In this document: positions 9,230 to 17,880 of the stretch, in pieces
How the letters are laid out: the number at the start of each line of letters is the position of its first letter
Numbering within the stretch: the stretch's first letter is position 1
NCBI GenBank assembly: GCA_964590115.1
Contig: CAZPYE010000012.1
Span: forward strand, 1 to 32,000
Direction of reading: 5' to 3'
DNA length: 32,000 nucleotides
From: an uncultured Enterobacteriaceae bacterium
GTDB lineage: Bacteria; Verrucomicrobiota; Verrucomicrobiia; Opitutales; UBA953
The notes under the pieces: generated by a model
What the model was told of the DNA's origin: nothing
The model's database searches: none
What the model saw: only the letters and a program-made list of their open reading frames with translations
Program-made: the position numbers and the translations under genes

Positions 9230-9865
9230 TTATTGAGAGGAAGTTTCCTTTTTTGCTTTTTTTGCGGCGATAATTGCATCGCATTTTTCGAGAATCGCTT
9301 CCGAGCCCGCATATTTGTAATCGTCAATCTCCGCGCGGCAGGGACGACCTTTCTCGTTTTTATAGTGAACAATCGCAATTCCTTTGTTTTTCCACTTTCG
9401 GCGATCGATTCCGAATACGGAGTCGAAACGCACGGCGGTTTTCCCGTTAAACGGCGGGAACGCCATCGTCAGCCCGTCAAAGGTTTCGTCGTCTGCGCGA
9501 ACAACACGTTTCATTTCTCTTAAAACCCACAGCAAAAACGCGGCGGCGAGGACGGCGAGTCCGACTCCGAACTGCAGCTGCTGGGCAACGTTTTTTGCGT
9601 GCTTGGGCGGATCTTTGGGGTCGGCGGAGAATTCGGCGGCGCATTTTTCCCACCGCTTGGTGATTTCCGCTTCGGCGGCATCTTCTGCTACGCCTTCCTC
9701 CTTTACCATTTCTACAATCTGCGCATAGGCGGCAGCGCCTTCGTTGTATTTCGGATAGGCGACGAGCCCGTCGTAGAAAAACCATCCGGAGCTTCCGGCA
9801 ATCATGAGCAGAATAATGCCCATGCGGTCGCGCCATTCGCGGCTGTATTTGGCTTCAAGATTCAT
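9230..9865 (-). CDS. Hypothetical membrane protein (two TM segments, acidic linker, C-terminal soluble domain)
   Basis: 211-aa ORF packed tightly between dut and truB on the same strand. TM segments are GIILLMIAGSSGWFFYDGL and LQFGVGLAVLAAAFLLWVL. I recognise no family for it; a bacterial PH-like fold for the C-terminal 90 aa is only a guess. Confidence 0.65.
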   Translation of the reverse strand: MNLEAKYSREWRDRMGIILLMIAGSSGWFFYDGLVAYPKYNEGAAAYAQIVEMVKEEGVAEDAAEAEITKRWEKCAAEFSADPKDPPKHAKNVAQQLQFGVGLAVLAAAFLLWVLREMKRVVRADDETFDGLTMAFPPFNGKTAVRFDSVFGIDRRKWKNKGIAIVHYKNEKGRPCRAEIDDYKYAGSEAILEKCDAIIAAKKAKKETSSQ

Positions 9866-9892
9866 TGTCGCGTGTTTTTTTGAGTGGAAAAA

Positions 9893-10345
9893 CTATGCGC
9901 CGGTTGAACCGAAGCCGCCGGCACCGCGAACCGTTTCCGAGAGCTCGTCCGCTTCGACGGTTTGCACCTGAGGATAGGGCATGACAATAAGCTGCGCACA
10001 ACGGTCGCCGACGGCGTAGGGTTTTGCTCCGGCGGGAACGTAGAAAATCGAACAAACCTCTCCGCGATAACCGGAATCGATGACGCCGACGCAATTCGAC
10101 ATAATCAGACCGCTTTTGTGAACGGAGCTACGCGGGAACAGCAATCCGACGTAGCCGAAGGGGATTTCCATCGCCAATCCGAAACCGACTTTGAGTTTGC
10201 GGGTGCTTTCGTCAAATTCCACGGAGGTTGCCGTGAGGTCAAGTCCGGCGTCGCCCGGTTTTGCGTATGCGGGAACAACGGCTTCCGGAACGAGTTTTTT
10301 CATGCGGAGTTGAAGTGCGGTGTCGGTATTCATAATTCCCGCCAT
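9893..10345 (-). CDS. dut: dUTP diphosphatase
   Basis: 150 aa with dUTPase motifs AGLDL, SNCVGVIDSGYRGE, DRCAQL and the C-terminal RGAGGFGSTG. The start could be the ATG at 10345 or at 10333. Confidence 0.92.
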   Translation of the reverse strand: MAGIMNTDTALQLRMKKLVPEAVVPAYAKPGDAGLDLTATSVEFDESTRKLKVGFGLAMEIPFGYVGLLFPRSSVHKSGLIMSNCVGVIDSGYRGEVCSIFYVPAGAKPYAVGDRCAQLIVMPYPQVQTVEADELSETVRGAGGFGSTGA

Positions 10346-10604
10346 TCAAACAGAGGCGCCTGATACCCGCAAGCCGCAAAGAGCAGGCGGGCATTCGGAG
10401 TCGTCTCTTCCTCAGAACTTTGCGAAAGAACGGGGATGTGCCGCCGTGTTTTCCGGAACGAGCTTACGTGTTTTTGTCGGGCGGGAACGCGTTCCGGCGA
10501 TTTTTTTCGGATAAAAAGAGGCGGTTTCGTTGAGGATTCGAGTTTTTGGATGGAAAAAGAAGGGCATCGGGAGTATCGTTTGTGCCTCATTTTTCTTTTT
10601 AGCT

Positions 10605-12374
10605 ATGCGTTCCGATCTTAAACCGAAATTGCTCTCCGTTTTGCAGGGCGGCTACGGGAAAAAGGATTTTAAATCCGATTTGATTGCCGGCGTCATCGTC
10701 GGCGTAATTGCCTTGCCGCTGGCAATTGCGTTTGCCGTCGCGTCCGGCGTTGCTCCGGAAAAGGGGCTTTATACGGCGATTGTTGCGGGATTTGCGATTG
10801 CACTTCTGGGCGGAAGCCGAACTCAGGTTTGCGGGCCGACCGGAGCGTTTATTCCGATTATTTATGCGATTGTCGCGCAATACGGATTGAGCGGCTTGGC
10901 GTTTGCGACGGTGATGGCGGGATTTATTCTCGTCGCGATGGGATTGGCGAAAATGGGAGCTCTGCTCAAATTTATTTCGTATCCCGTCATTGTCGGGTTT
11001 ACCGCGGGGATTGCGGTAACGATTTTCTCGACACAGATTCCGGACCTGTTCGGGCTGACGATTCCCGAAAAAATTCCGGGCGATTTTATCGGGAAATGGT
11101 CTCTGTATATTCAATACTTTGACACCGCGAACTGGAAAACCTGCCTGATATCGCTTTTTGCGACCGTAGCGGTCTTTACGTGGCCGCGGCTGACGTCGAA
11201 GATTCCGGGCGCACTTTTCGTCATTGTCGCCGCGACGCTTGCGGTGCTCTTTCTCGGTTGGGGCGCGGGAACGGAAAATCCGCAGGGCGTTGTTACGATC
11301 GGCAGCAAGTTTTTTATGGAAAAACCGTTCCCGTCGGGATTTCCGATGCCGGATCTGGGGATTTTTTCCGATCTGAATTTTGAAAAAATGCGCGAACTGA
11401 TTGCTCCGGCATTTCTGATTGCGCTCCTCGGCTCCATCGAGTCTTTGCTTTCCGCCGTCGTCGCAGACGGGATGACGGGGCGTCGCCACCGCCCGAATGC
11501 GGAACTTGTAGCGCAAGGCGTGGGCAATATTCTTTCTCCGATTTTCGGCGGTATTCCCGCAACGGGTGCGATAGCGCGCACGGCGGCGAATATTAAAAAC
11601 GGCGGACGCACGCCGATTGCCGCCCTGATTCACGCCGGAGTATTGCTCGCGATATTGCTTTGTCTCGGCGAATACATTGTCTTCGTTCCGATGTGCGCGT
11701 TGGGTGCCGTGCTCGTGCTCGTTTCCTATACGATGAGCGGTTGGCGCTCGTTTTACGGCTTGCTCCGCACGTCCCCGAAGAGCGACATTCTCGTCCTGAT
11801 TCTGACGTTTTTGCTGACCGTGTTTGTCGATCTTTCCGTGGCGATTGAAGTCGGAGTGGTGCTTTCCGCTTTTCTCTTTCTCAAGCGCGAATCCGAGACG
11901 GCGGAATTCCACGTGTTTTCGCGCAAGCAACTCGGAGAAAACGAATTTGATCCCCACGGAACACTCGCCGTTTGGCGGGAAAAGCTACCCGACGATGTCG
12001 AAATTTTTGAAGTCTTCGGCTCTCTCTTTTTCGGCGCAGTCGATCAGTTCCGCGAAAACTTCAAGCGGGTGGGGCGTAAGCCGAAAGTCTTTATTCTTGA
12101 TTTGAGCAACCTCATTTCAATCGATGCCACGGGGATTCATGCGATTTCGGAAACGCATATCGATATGCGTGCGAACGGGACGGCGCTTGTCATTGCCGGA
12201 CTGCATCCTCAACCCAAAAAAGCGATTGAGCACGCGGAACTCGATAAGGAAATCGGAACCGAAAACATTTGTCCGGATATGCAGTCGGCAATTGCGCGTT
12301 CCCGCTCCCTGCTTGCCGCCCGAAAGCTCGCCTCGCTTCGTGCGCGGCGAAGCAAACCGGAAAAATCCGAATAA
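10605..12374 (+). CDS. SulP family inorganic anion transporter with C-terminal STAS domain
   Basis: Trimmed from 10530 to the ATG at 10605 (MRSDLKPKLLSVLQGGYGKKDFKSDLIAGVIVGVIALPLAIAFAVASGV, the typical SulP N-terminus). It has a long polytopic core and a STAS domain (VFILDLSNLISIDATGIHAI). Confidence 0.9.
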   Translation: MRSDLKPKLLSVLQGGYGKKDFKSDLIAGVIVGVIALPLAIAFAVASGVAPEKGLYTAIVAGFAIALLGGSRTQVCGPTGAFIPIIYAIVAQYGLSGLAFATVMAGFILVAMGLAKMGALLKFISYPVIVGFTAGIAVTIFSTQIPDLFGLTIPEKIPGDFIGKWSLYIQYFDTANWKTCLISLFATVAVFTWPRLTSKIPGALFVIVAATLAVLFLGWGAGTENPQGVVTIGSKFFMEKPFPSGFPMPDLGIFSDLNFEKMRELIAPAFLIALLGSIESLLSAVVADGMTGRRHRPNAELVAQGVGNILSPIFGGIPATGAIARTAANIKNGGRTPIAALIHAGVLLAILLCLGEYIVFVPMCALGAVLVLVSYTMSGWRSFYGLLRTSPKSDILVLILTFLLTVFVDLSVAIEVGVVLSAFLFLKRESETAEFHVFSRKQLGENEFDPHGTLAVWREKLPDDVEIFEVFGSLFFGAVDQFRENFKRVGRKPKVFILDLSNLISIDATGIHAISETHIDMRANGTALVIAGLHPQPKKAIEHAELDKEIGTENICPDMQSAIARSRSLLAARKLASLRARRSKPEKSE

Positions 12375-12406
12375 TTTTCTTTTTCGGCGGGAACGCCGGA
12401 ACATCG

Positions 12407-12437
12407 ACACCTCCGCCGCGCCGGAGGTGTTTTTTTT
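12407..12437 (+). terminator. Rho-independent terminator after the SulP gene
   Basis: ACACCTCCG (12407-12415) pairs perfectly with CGGAGGTGT (12422-12430) across a 6-nt loop, followed by T7 (12431-12437). Confidence 0.8.
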
Positions 12438-12460
12438 GTTTGTTTTTCGGAACGGAATTC

Positions 12461-12489
12461 TTGAAGCGTTTGCCTCATAAGTGTAAACT
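12461..12489 (+). promoter_or_regulatory. Candidate sigma70-type promoter for kdsB-kdsD (TTGAAG - 17 nt - TAAACT)
   Basis: Hexamers read at 12461-12466 and 12484-12489, just downstream of the SulP terminator and 27 nt upstream of the kdsB ATG. Confidence 0.35.
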
Positions 12490-12515
12490 TCACGCTAAAT
12501 CCGAATTAAAATCTC

Positions 12516-13271
12516 ATGTGCAATACCTCTGTTAAAGCTACTGTCGCCATTCCCGCGCGTCTCGGTTCGACGCGCCTTCCCGGAAAAGTCCTCCTTGATC
12601 TCGGCGGGAAACCCGTTGTCCGTCACGTTTGGGAGCGTGTTTGCAAAATGAAAAATGCGGCTCGCGTCGTTATTCTCGCCGACACCGAAGAAGTGCGTTC
12701 GGTCGCAACGGCGTTCGGCGCGGAAGTGATTATGACGTCGCCGGAATGCCGTTCGGGAACGGAGCGCCTTTCCTCGGTTCTCCCGCAGCTTCCCGGCGAG
12801 TTTTTTCTGAATGTGCAGGGCGACGAGCCTTTTGTGGACACGGACATGCTTGATGCTCTTGTCGAACGTTATGCGGAAACGCACTGCGAGTTGGTTACGG
12901 CAGTTGCAAAAATCACCGATCCGGCGAAGTTGCAGAACCCGAACGTCGTCAAAGTAGTCCGCGGAAGCGACGGACGGGCGATTTATTTTTCACGTTCCGC
13001 CGTGCCGTATCTGCGGGGCGTTCCCGCCGAGGAGTGGCTCTCGAGCGGGAAAACGACGTGGTGGTCGCACATCGGCGTTTACGGTTATGCGCGCTCTACG
13101 CTCGAAGCGCACCCGACAATGCCCGTTACCGTTCTCGAAACGGTAGAATCTCTCGAACAACTGCGTTTCATCGACCGCGGAATGAGCTTCCAGACGATTG
13201 AAACGGATTATCACCCCGTCGCTATCGACACGGCGGAAGATCTTGAAAACGCACGAAAACTCTTTGCGTAA
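12516..13271 (+). CDS. kdsB: 3-deoxy-manno-octulosonate cytidylyltransferase (CMP-Kdo synthetase)
   Basis: 251 aa with the KdsB signatures AIPARLGSTRLPGKVL and NVQGDEPF, plus overall collinearity with the family. Confidence 0.92.
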   Translation: MCNTSVKATVAIPARLGSTRLPGKVLLDLGGKPVVRHVWERVCKMKNAARVVILADTEEVRSVATAFGAEVIMTSPECRSGTERLSSVLPQLPGEFFLNVQGDEPFVDTDMLDALVERYAETHCELVTAVAKITDPAKLQNPNVVKVVRGSDGRAIYFSRSAVPYLRGVPAEEWLSSGKTTWWSHIGVYGYARSTLEAHPTMPVTVLETVESLEQLRFIDRGMSFQTIETDYHPVAIDTAEDLENARKLFA

Positions 13272-13287
13272 GCGATTTAGAAAAAAA

Positions 13288-14271
13288 ATGATGACGAAAG
13301 AACAAATTATCGAGGCGGGAAAACACGTTCTCGGCGCGGAAGCGGACGCACTTCGCGTGATGCGCGACGGCTTGGACGAAAATTTTTCCAAGGCAGTGGA
13401 TATCCTTTTTGAAGCGGACCGGAAGGTGGTTATTTCCGGAGTCGGGAAATCCGGTCTTATCGGACAAAAAATTGCCGCGACGATGTGCTCGACGGGAACG
13501 CCGGCGATTTTCCTGCACAGCGCGGACGCCGTTCACGGAGACCTCGGCATTTGCCGGCCGGGAGATCCCGTCGTTCTGATTTCCAAAAGCGGGACAACCT
13601 CTGAGGTGGTCCGCCTGCTTCCGAGTCTGAAAAAAATGGGCTCAAAAATTATTGCGATTGTCGCCAATAAAAATTCCCCGCTCGCGGAAAAAGCGGATGT
13701 CGTGCTCGATATCGGCGTAAAGACCGAGGCGGATCCGATCGGAATCGTTCCCACGACGAGCACGACCCTCCAACTCGCGATGGGCGACGCGCTTGCCGCC
13801 GCACTCATGCATAAGCGGCATTTCGGCGAGAAGGATTTCGCAAAGTTTCATCCCGCCGGGCAACTCGGAAGAAACCTGTTGCTGACCGTAAAAGACGTTA
13901 TGCACCCGCTCGGAAAAATTGCCGTCGTTCCCGCCGACGCTTCTCTGCGCGACACCGTTGTCGCAATGACGGCGTTCCCGCACGGCGCCGCACTCGTTGC
14001 GGAAGGCGAAGGCGAGTTGCTCGGTATCATTACGGACGGGGATTTGCGCCGTGCACTTCACAAATACGAAAGTATTTCGGACGTTCCCGCGAAAGACCTG
14101 ATGACGGCGAAACCCGTTTGCGCGTTTGAAACGATGTCGCTCGGCGATGCCGCCCGCGTGATGGAAGACCGCCCCTCGCAGATTTCCGTGCTTCCGGTTC
14201 TCGATACTCCCGGAGGAAAAATTGCCGGAATTATCCGTATTCACGACATTTACCAGGCAGGGTTGGTGTAG
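13288..14271 (+). CDS. kdsD: Arabinose-5-phosphate isomerase (KpsF/GutQ/KdsD family; SIS domain plus tandem CBS)
   Basis: Trimmed from 13198 to the ATG at 13288. It has a SIS domain (VVISGVGKSGLIGQKIAATMCSTGTPAIFLH..ISKSGTTSE) followed by two CBS repeats. It sits adjacent to kdsB. Confidence 0.9.
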   Translation: MMTKEQIIEAGKHVLGAEADALRVMRDGLDENFSKAVDILFEADRKVVISGVGKSGLIGQKIAATMCSTGTPAIFLHSADAVHGDLGICRPGDPVVLISKSGTTSEVVRLLPSLKKMGSKIIAIVANKNSPLAEKADVVLDIGVKTEADPIGIVPTTSTTLQLAMGDALAAALMHKRHFGEKDFAKFHPAGQLGRNLLLTVKDVMHPLGKIAVVPADASLRDTVVAMTAFPHGAALVAEGEGELLGIITDGDLRRALHKYESISDVPAKDLMTAKPVCAFETMSLGDAARVMEDRPSQISVLPVLDTPGGKIAGIIRIHDIYQAGLV

Positions 14272-14308
14272 TTGAAAAGAATTAGGAATTAGAAATAAAA
14301 AAAAAAAG

Positions 14309-14375
14309 AATTAGAAGTAAGAATTTAGGAGTTAGGAAGAATACTAATTTCTGATTTCTTACTTCTAATTTTTTT
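14309..14375 (+). terminator. Long-loop hairpin with T-tract in an AT-rich island; probable terminator after kdsD
   Basis: AATTAGAAGTAAGAA (14309-14323) is the perfect complement of TTCTTACTTCTAATT (14356-14370). An A-run lies upstream and T5 downstream (14371-14375). The 32-nt loop is unusually long. Confidence 0.5.
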
Positions 14376-14391
14376 GTTCTAATTCCCCGTC

Positions 14392-15918
14392 ATGCAATTG
14401 CAATTTCCGTCTCCAGGATGCCTTGCCGAATGGCGGGCGAATCTGCCTCCGCTACGGGAACGTATCGTCGGTGCGCTTTCCGCGGCGGCAGTGATTTCGA
14501 CGCTATGGAACGTTTCCGGCATGGCGGCATTGCCCGTTGTTATTTCCGTCGCGCTCGCGGGAACGGCGTTTTTGTCAGCCTTCGTTCCGCTTCCGTTTGA
14601 GGACGGGTCGCGCGAAATCGGGCGCGACAATCGTCGCAAGCTGTTGCGTTTCCCCGGATTTTGGTTCGGTGCGGTGCTGTTTGCCCTGATGCTGTGTCAG
14701 CACTTCAATCCGAGCCTCGAGGTTTTTTTGCCCGAAAGCGGGTGGTGGGAAATCGGTTATTTTGAGAGCTACGTAAAGTTTCTCCCGAACGGAATCACAG
14801 CTCCGTTCGGTCTGGACGGCAATCGGCTCGGAATGAACGCATTGCGGCAAATTTGCGTTTTCGGCGGCGCGTGGCTGTTGTTTTGCACCCTGTGGTGCGG
14901 ATTGCGTTCCCGCCGCGCGCGCACTTGGCTGACTTGGGCTCTCGTCATTAACTCGGTTTTGCTTGCCGTGTTTTGCCTCTTGCGGTGGTCGAACGATTTA
15001 ACAAAGGAGTTTCTCGGATATACGACCGGTGTCGGCAGCTTTTTCGGGGTTTTCTCCTACAAAAATCACGCCGGGGAATTTTTCGTAATGGGATTGGCGC
15101 TGACGACGGCGCTTTCGCTGACAACGTGGCGGCACAATGTCGAAAAATACAAAAAGAGCGGAGCGCACGTCCTGCTTGCGGTATTCGCTCTGTTTCTGTG
15201 GATTGCCGGCTTGTGCACCGCAAGTTTCGCGGTCATTGTCGAATGCGCGGCGTGGATCCTGATTGTCCCCGTGCTGATTTTAACCTCCGGGCTGATGCGG
15301 CGGACGGCTTGGATCGCGGGAACATTTGTGGGCGTAATGATTGTCGGTCTCGCCGTCGTCTGGTTCGCAACAGCGGATATGAATTCCACTTGGAAGAAAA
15401 TTGAAACCAAGTATGAATTGATGAAAAAAGAGGAAATAGACGATAGAGCTCCGCTTCGCGAACTGACGCTGAAAATGGCAGAACGCAATGACACCCGCAA
15501 ATGGTTAGGGTGGGGCGCCGGCTCCTACCGTTGGATTGCCCCGGCGTTTCAGGCGGGAATGCCCGAATTTTTGAACAAAAAAGGACAGCTGAAAACGAGA
15601 ACCGAATACGCGCATTGCGATCCTTTGCAAATGCTTGCCGAGTGGGGACGCGTCGGCGCGGGAATTTTCTTCGCGGGAACGCTGTATTTCTTCGTCTTTG
15701 TTTTAAAGAACTTCCGCCGCTGGCGCGGGGCGACCGTCGCGCTCCTGTGCGGAATACTGTTTTTTATCTCTCACGCGACGATGGATTTCGTAAGCTACAA
15801 CCCGGGGCTGTTGCAAATGCTCGCCGTGCTTGCCGTCGGCGTGAAATGGAGTTTTAAACAGCAAGGCGTCGCCAAGGATTCCGCGTCGCCGGAATTGTCT
15901 CGGAGAAAGCCCGCTTAA
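14392..15918 (+). CDS. O-antigen ligase / O-antigen polymerase (Wzy_C) family membrane protein
   Basis: 508 aa with at least 10 TM helices. A large loop contains EYAHCDPLQMLAEWG, resembling the H-x-x-[YP]-L-Q-x-L-x-E-x-G signature of WaaL/Wzy_C proteins. It lies immediately after kdsB-kdsD. Confidence 0.78.
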   Translation: MQLQFPSPGCLAEWRANLPPLRERIVGALSAAAVISTLWNVSGMAALPVVISVALAGTAFLSAFVPLPFEDGSREIGRDNRRKLLRFPGFWFGAVLFALMLCQHFNPSLEVFLPESGWWEIGYFESYVKFLPNGITAPFGLDGNRLGMNALRQICVFGGAWLLFCTLWCGLRSRRARTWLTWALVINSVLLAVFCLLRWSNDLTKEFLGYTTGVGSFFGVFSYKNHAGEFFVMGLALTTALSLTTWRHNVEKYKKSGAHVLLAVFALFLWIAGLCTASFAVIVECAAWILIVPVLILTSGLMRRTAWIAGTFVGVMIVGLAVVWFATADMNSTWKKIETKYELMKKEEIDDRAPLRELTLKMAERNDTRKWLGWGAGSYRWIAPAFQAGMPEFLNKKGQLKTRTEYAHCDPLQMLAEWGRVGAGIFFAGTLYFFVFVLKNFRRWRGATVALLCGILFFISHATMDFVSYNPGLLQMLAVLAVGVKWSFKQQGVAKDSASPELSRRKPA

Positions 15919-15997
15919 CACGAACGTTCAATTATTTAATTGTTTTCGCAGATGGCTCTCATTAGACTCCCGGCTTTCAGTTTTACTCAAAAACCTT

Positions 15998-17791
15998 ATG
16001 TCAAAGTCAACCTCACTGTATAATAAATACCTGCTCTTTATTGCAGGTCTCGGCGGTCTCCTTTACGGAATTGACGTCGGCGTTATCGCCGGGGCTCTTC
16101 CGTATTTGCAGGCAACGACGAATTACACGCCCGGTCAGCTCTCGACGGTGGTCGCGGCGGTTTTGCTCGGCTCGGTGCTTTCCTCGCTTTTTGCGGGAGC
16201 GCTTTCCGACTTGTTCGGGCGCAAAAAAGTGATGCTCCTCGCGGGTGTCTGCTTCGTGCTTTCCGTGCCGGTGATTTGCTCGCCGTTCGGATTTGAAGCA
16301 CTTGTTGTCGGTCGTATTCTCCAAGGGGCGGCTGCCGGTCTCATCGGTGTTGTCGTTCCGCTGTATCTTGCGGAATGCCTTACGGCGGACAAGCGCGGCT
16401 TCGGAACGGGAATGTTCCAATTCATGCTCACGGTCGGACTTGTTTTCGCGGCTCTCGCCGGGATTGTCTGCGCGGAATACGTGGACGGTGTCGTCGCGGC
16501 GGAATACGTTTCGATTAAGGAACAGGCGGACGCCATCTTTGATGCAAAGGATTTTGCCTGGCGCGCCATTTTCTGGATTTGCGCAATTCCGGGTGTGATT
16601 TTCACGGTCGGAGCTCTCTTCATTTCCGAATCCGCCCGCTGGCTCTACGGCAAGGGCAAAAAGGAAGCTGCTCTTAAAGCTCTCGAACGTTCCCGCGGTC
16701 CGGAACAGGCTCAGAAGGAATTCGACGAAATGGGCACCGAAGCTGCGGACGATTCCGCAAAGACGGAAGAAGCAAACAAACCGAAGGATTCTCTCGTCCA
16801 GAAGAAATACATTATTCCGTTTGTTCTCGCGGTCGTTATTCTCGCCTGTAATCAGGCAACGGGGATTAACTCCGTTCTCGCTTACATCGTTGACGTTCTT
16901 TCACAGGCGGGTCTTGACGGTTCCGTTGCCAATCGGGGAGACTTGGTCGTTAAGATTCTCAACATGGTGATGACGGTTGTCGCCATGGTGCTCGTTGACC
17001 GCAAGGGGCGCAAGTTCCTTCTCACGGTCGGCACGTCCGGTATTATCATCGGCTTGCTCGGTGTCGCCTTTCTGTTCCTCAAATCCGAACAGGGCATGGT
17101 CAATTACACGAACACGATTAATCCTGACGCTTACAACGTTACGCTGTCCGAAAACGTAATCAACGAAAAGACCGGGCTCGAAGAACGCGGAGCTGACGGC
17201 AAGGTGCTGACGAAGGATGTGAAATACGCCTTCTGCGCGGCAATGACGCCGGATGTTATTAAGGAAATCACGGGTAAACCGTTTGTTCCTTCGCAGGCGA
17301 AAATCGTTTACACGATTAACGACGAAATCAGCTTCAAGACGATTGTCGTTCGCGAAGACACGCCGTCTGCGGATCTCGAATTCAAGATTCCTGCGGAGGA
17401 AGATCAAACCTTCGAAATCAAGAGCCTCGAAGTCGGCCCGCTCCCGAGCGCGGCTAACGGTTGGTTGGTTACATTCTTCTTCGCGATCTTTATCGCGGCT
17501 TACGCGGTCGGACCGGGCGTTTGCGTTTGGCTCGCGCTCTCCGAACTCATGCCGAACCGCATTCGCGCCATGGGGATGTCGATTGCGCTCTTGATCAACC
17601 AAGGTGTTTCCACGGTCATTGCGGGAACGTTCCTTCCGGTTGTCGGCAACTTCGGCTACTCGACCATCTTCTTCTTCTGTGCGGGTTGCACGGTGATTTA
17701 CTGGATTACCGCCGTGTTCTGCCTCCCGGAAACGAAGGGCCGCACGCTCGAAGAAATCGAAGCGCACTTCGAAGGCAAAAAGAAAATCTGA
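15998..17791 (+). CDS. MFS transporter, sugar porter family, with a large insert in an extracytoplasmic loop
   Basis: 597 aa with sugar-porter signatures GALSDLFGRKKVML, PESARWL-type (ISESARWLYGKG), VDRKGRK and PETKGRTLEEIE. Residues of about 362-488 have no counterpart in typical 450-480-aa members. Confidence 0.9.
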   Translation: MSKSTSLYNKYLLFIAGLGGLLYGIDVGVIAGALPYLQATTNYTPGQLSTVVAAVLLGSVLSSLFAGALSDLFGRKKVMLLAGVCFVLSVPVICSPFGFEALVVGRILQGAAAGLIGVVVPLYLAECLTADKRGFGTGMFQFMLTVGLVFAALAGIVCAEYVDGVVAAEYVSIKEQADAIFDAKDFAWRAIFWICAIPGVIFTVGALFISESARWLYGKGKKEAALKALERSRGPEQAQKEFDEMGTEAADDSAKTEEANKPKDSLVQKKYIIPFVLAVVILACNQATGINSVLAYIVDVLSQAGLDGSVANRGDLVVKILNMVMTVVAMVLVDRKGRKFLLTVGTSGIIIGLLGVAFLFLKSEQGMVNYTNTINPDAYNVTLSENVINEKTGLEERGADGKVLTKDVKYAFCAAMTPDVIKEITGKPFVPSQAKIVYTINDEISFKTIVVREDTPSADLEFKIPAEEDQTFEIKSLEVGPLPSAANGWLVTFFFAIFIAAYAVGPGVCVWLALSELMPNRIRAMGMSIALLINQGVSTVIAGTFLPVVGNFGYSTIFFFCAGCTVIYWITAVFCLPETKGRTLEEIEAHFEGKKKI

Positions 17792-17820
17792 TTCTAACGG
17801 AGTTTCTTCCCTAAAAAAAG

Positions 17821-17853
17821 GCGTTCCCGTCTCTATGGCGGAAACGCTTTTTT
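17821..17853. terminator. Bidirectional-looking terminator between the convergent MFS gene and paralog B
   Basis: GCGTTCCCG (17821-17829) pairs with CGGAAACGC (17839-17847) at 8 of 9 positions across a 9-nt loop. An A7 run lies upstream and T6 downstream (17848-17853). The left arm is itself a copy of the abundant CGTTCCCG octamer. Confidence 0.65.
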
Positions 17854-17880
17854 GTTTATTCGTGAGATCGTGCGATTTTC

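Noticed and set aside
10346-10604. 259-bp spacer between dut and the SulP gene, inspected for a tRNA, riboswitch or small ORF
   Set aside because: I found no cloverleaf-compatible sequence and no motif of a riboswitch class I can recognise by eye. The track ORFs here (10320-10514 +, 10330-10590 -) are low complexity. The region contains a GGAACGCGTTCC palindrome built from the abundant motif, but that has no loop and so is not a hairpin terminator.
10599-11957. 452-aa minus-strand ORF, one of the longest in the track
   Set aside because: It lies exactly antisense to the well-supported SulP transporter. Its product is Arg/Asn/Lys/Gly-rich low complexity (..RRRARYRTRCGNTAENRRKN..) with no recognisable motif. 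It is a typical shadow ORF in GC-rich, codon-biased DNA.
14277-14375. Repetitive AT-rich units considered as a possible mini-CRISPR or tandem-repeat array
   Set aside because: The units are short (about 20 bp), degenerate and contiguous without unique spacers. No cas genes are present. The dominant feature is a single inverted repeat with a T-tract, which makes it terminator-like.
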